This document shows positions 60,371 to 64,000 of a stretch of DNA of 64,000 bases, in pieces. The notes beneath the pieces are model-generated. The model made no database searches. It was not told the origin of the DNA and worked only from the letters and a program-made list of their open reading frames with translations. The translations under genes were made by a program, and so were the position numbers. This DNA comes from Camelus ferus. Lineage: Eukaryota. The stretch is from assembly GCF_009834535.1 (NCBI RefSeq), contig NC_045696.1, positions 70,744,001 to 70,808,000 of the forward strand. The letters are read 5' to 3'. Within the stretch, counting starts at the first letter, position 1. Each line of letters begins with the position of its first letter.

Positions 60371-61989
60371 TTCCCCAGGATCTGGGCCTCACCCTAAACA
60401 GGCAGCCTGCCTTACCTCCCTCCCTCCCTCCTGGAGACATCCACAGCTGTGCTCTCTGACCCCCTTTTCACTTCCACAGAGGGACCAGCATTATGGTTGG
60501 ACTCTCCATGTCTATCTTTTCAGTCATCTCAGCTACCCAACCTGGAAGGCACTGTCTTGTGAGGCGGGGATTGCCCAGTCCGTGGGAGTGGTCAAGCAGT
60601 GGCTAGTTGCCTGCTTGTCATGGAAGTTGCCGAGTGGGGATCCTGCTGTCTGAGAAATGGTCTCTCTAGACGTTCCCAGCTGACACGCCTAGACTCCTCA
60701 CAACCCTGGGACAACCTAAGAGAAGAAGAGCCTCCCAAGAACAGTAGGCCCAGAGGGCCAAAGAGCCACCACAGCATGTGCATACTGACCCCGTCCATCC
60801 TCCCACGAGGGGAGAAGAAAGATTTGTAAAGGTTCTCTCTGAGACCCTATAAGCCACCCCCTGGCCTCCAGGCTTCTCATGCTTCCTTCACCACAGGGAG
60901 CCCACACCTTCAGACAACAGAGGTTTTGTCAGAGGTCCCCACAGGAGCCACCCAAAGAAGTCCAGGCTTTCTTAGGCCTCTGATTCCATTGTCCCCTGCA
61001 TCTTGGGGCACAGACCCTTGAGGCTGTTATCAGGGTATGAGATCCCAGAGGAAAACAATGCCTTCTGGAAAAGGGGAACCCCAACCCCATCCCAATTCTC
61101 CCCAAGCTATGCCCTCAGCATGGCCCAGCCCAGTAGGTCTGTTCCAGCTCAAGAGTAGGGACCTGGAGTGACCTGGGCCAATGCCTCCCCACTCCCTAAC
61201 CACCCACATACACACTCTACGGGTTCCCCTCAAAGAAAGTGTCCTGACACCTAGAGAAGAAGGTGAGCCTGAGGGTGGGGAGGGGAGCTGAGGGCAGAGG
61301 ATGGGTTGGTCAGTTTTTGTTTTTGTTTTTGTTTTTAAATTATCATATAATGTAGATGCAAAGAAAATACTATTTTCTAGGAAATAAACACACTGCTGCC
61401 TGTCAGCATTCTCACAGAGGTACAGACTGCATCTCAAAAATCAGCCAAGACCCTTTTGCTGGTTGAAATATCTCCATGTAACATAATGAGTATCTGGTTG
61501 AGGCTCAGGTCCAGCAGGGACTGGACAGCAGCCCAAAGAGGTCCTGAGGGGCTCTGTCAGTAGCCCCAGGAATCTGAATGGGGTTGGAGCAAGGGACAGG
61601 AACAGGGCCTTGGGAAGAACACCTAGAAGGGAAGGGCTGAGAAAACAGCGCTGTTGGACCTTTGCAGGAAGAGGCCAGTGGTGGGCAAGACTAGGGGTTA
61701 GGACAGCTGATGTTCAAGTTCACATGGTAGGCGGCATCCTCCTGCCACAGCCCAGACCTTTGGTGATGGCCTATAAGGTACAGCCCAGAGTTCCTGTGTC
61801 CCAGGTGGAAGGGTGAGGAGAAGCACACACTTGTTGAGAGTCCTTGGAAATACTGAGGGCTGTGAGGGTTTTTGTGTTACTGGGGCAACTTTATTATTAT
61901 TAACACTTAAGTATTAAAGGAAAAAGGTGATCTTTGGAAGGCTAAAACTTGCAGACATCCAAAAGGTAGATACAAAATAAACAACAGCC

Positions 61990-62170
61990 TTTGACTAAGA
62001 ACCTGCCAATGCAGAGCACTTAACATACACTGTCTCACTCACTGGCATACCAGCCCTGCCAGGGAGGCATTATTATGCCCATTTGAGAGATGCAGAAACT
62101 GAGGATCTGAGAGACTATGTGTCCAGCCCAAGACTACAGTTATTAAGTTGCAGAACCTAGACTCTTAACT
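61990..62170 (-). mobile_element. MIR SINE
   Basis: attattatgcccatttgagagatgcagaaactgaggatctgagag...cccaagactacag. Confidence 0.75.
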
Positions 62171-62879
62171 GTTGTCATGCCCACTCCAGAGCAATATTCT
62201 TTCCCCTGCAGTACAGCACTGAGGGCTAGAATGTTCAGGGATTGCCAGGTTGGGGCTGGACCACCTCCCTCGCCCATTACACACACACACCCTTACATCT
62301 GAGGAGCCTGAGGTACCTAGAGAGGTGAAGCAGCTTGTCTGAAATCACACAGTTCCTCAGGAGTTGAACCAGGGCAGAATTTAGGACAATAAAAATGTTC
62401 TGAATTGCTAACCAGAGGGAAACTCTGCACACCCCCGCCCCCGCCCCCATCAATCTGTCATAGACACCCTGATTCAGCTCCTGTAGTTGTAAGTTGTTTT
62501 CTCAGACCCCCTCCCCCAAACACACCTGTTGTTTTGGGGGTTTTGAGGCAGGGCCCTTTGAACAGGATGCTGCCCCCTCATTTCAGACCTTCCTCCCCTC
62601 ACAGCCCATCGGATGGCTTGCACCCCCTCCCCCTCCCCCTCTCTGGCCTCAGCCCCCAAGGGACCCTGGGTCTCTGGTTTTTGTCAGGTCTGAGAGCTGG
62701 TGGGATTGATTTATGAGAGGAGCCCCTACCCCCACCTCACCCTGAGCCCTTGGTCCTCCTCCTCCTTCTCCTCCTTCTCCTCCTCTTCCTCTTCCAACTC
62801 CTCCTCCCCTGCCTGACTGCCTGCTCAGTTTTCCACAGAGTCAGGATTTCCCTGGGGCTGGGGGCTCCAAGCCAAGAAC

Positions 62880-64000
62880 AACACAAGACCGGTTCCCCCA
62901 CCTCCCCTGCCCCTCCCATCCCCCTCCAGCTCACTCACCCGCCACAGCGGCCCCCTCAGTTGAGAGGAGGGGTTGAGAGGAGAGGTCCGGGCCCTGCCTG
63001 AGCCCCGAGGAGGGGCCAGAAGCCGAGGCCCCTCCCATCTTGAGCCATGGCTGCCCTCCGCTTTATTCCCTCAGAAGTGCCTTTCTTCCAGGGCTCGCGT
63101 TGGCGAGTGCACAGAGGAGGACTCTGGAAGTCCACACGGGTGGGGGAAAACAGAATTCTGAGAGCTCGCTGAAGTGGGGTGGGGGTTGTCAAGAGTGGTG
63201 AACAAGTCTCGAGACCCACACTCTGAGGGAGCAGGTCAGTGAAGCCCGGGAAATCTACATTAGGGGCAAAGCAGAAAGGATCCTGGGAGCCTCTATTGGT
63301 TCTGCGAGAGGGAAGAGCAGAGGCTTCTGAGACCCTCACACTGGAGGGGGTGGGGAGCAGGGGCTCCAGAGGGTTAGTGGGCTTAGGAAGGAGTGAGCAA
63401 GGGGGTCCCAATCAGTCTCTGGTTCCCTCTCCAGGGAGAAAGTAGACAGGGGCAGTAAGTAGGACAGGGCAGAATCCTGCGTGATGGGAGCGGTGTCGGA
63501 GGAGCTGCAAGCCAGGCAGACCCCCGCGCGGAGACCCGGGTAGGGGAGGGTCAGGTCAGAAAGGGGGCGGGGTCGTGGCTTGTATCTGAGTCCTCCTTCC
63601 ATCCGGTCCTCAGACTTGATTTTGGCCCTTGAATCTAGTCCGGGAGGTATGGAAGTGAGGTGGCTGAGGAAACTTGCTTCCTCCCTGAGAAGGGGTCTAG
63701 ACACCCACGGCAGGCGGACTGACAGAACTTCTCCTTAGAAAAGAGCTCCCTGGAGCTCCGCCTGCGGCCGGCCGGGCGGCCAGCGGGACAGGAAGCCGGC
63801 TCTAGAAGAGCAGCCTGCTGTCCCGCCCGGCCACTCCCTCCCTCAGCCCGGCCCCTAGCCGCTCCCCCACCCCACCCCCATCAGACGAGGCCTACAAGCC
63901 TCTCCAGGCGGTGTGAACCCGGGTGACCCCTCCAAGGTTGCCTCTTTCACACAGCAGCTCCTTTGATGAGTCTCTGAAGGCCTTGGTTTTCCTCCGCTGT
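62880..64000. promoter_or_regulatory. CpG-rich region 3 (runs to window end)
   Basis: GC-rich, CpGs densest at 63490-63930, GC boxes (GGGGGCGGGG at about 63563, CCCGCCC); preceded by a (CCT)n-like tract at about 62755-62810. Confidence 0.6.

Noticed and set aside
1..64000. CRISPR arrays, operons, or prokaryotic defence/retron-type systems
   Set aside because: The sequence is mammalian; there are no regularly spaced repeat-spacer units and no intact RT or nuclease genes, only decayed LINE fragments.
53335..64000. Assigning the locus to a named developmental gene
   Set aside because: No coding exon or sequence that I can positively recognise; naming a gene would be a guess without alignment.

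Overview
Mammalian nuclear DNA, not prokaryotic. It is most likely camelid (Camelus/Vicugna/Lama): three copies of a tRNA-headed SINE match the Tylopoda vic-1 type, and the youngest L1 3' ends have a cetartiodactyl-type UTR. I found no host protein-coding exon. The only ORF-track entries with recognisable homology are broken LINE fragments (L1 ORF2 endonuclease at 11893-12114 and L1 ORF2 C-terminus at 40886-41128). Eroded L2 endonuclease and CR1/L3 reverse-transcriptase motifs can also be read by hand. The window is intergenic or intronic DNA rich in MIR, L2, old L1M, ERVL/MaLR LTRs and microsatellites, with several nested insertions and clear target-site duplications (TSDs). Repeat-free blocks packed with homeodomain, HOX-PBX, SOX and POU-like motifs look like developmental enhancers. 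Three CpG-rich islands lie toward the 3' end (about 53.3-54.2, 55.7-56.6 with a TATA box, and 62.9-64.0 kb), which suggests the flank of a developmental regulator that I cannot name from sequence alone. I see no evidence for a novel multi-gene system. The best leads are a 6-nt microexon-like signal at 12740-12745, the TATA-bearing CpG island, the motif clusters, and an L1 copy ending at the internal A-tract. Repeat boundaries were read by eye (roughly +/-30 bp) and subfamily names are tentative.
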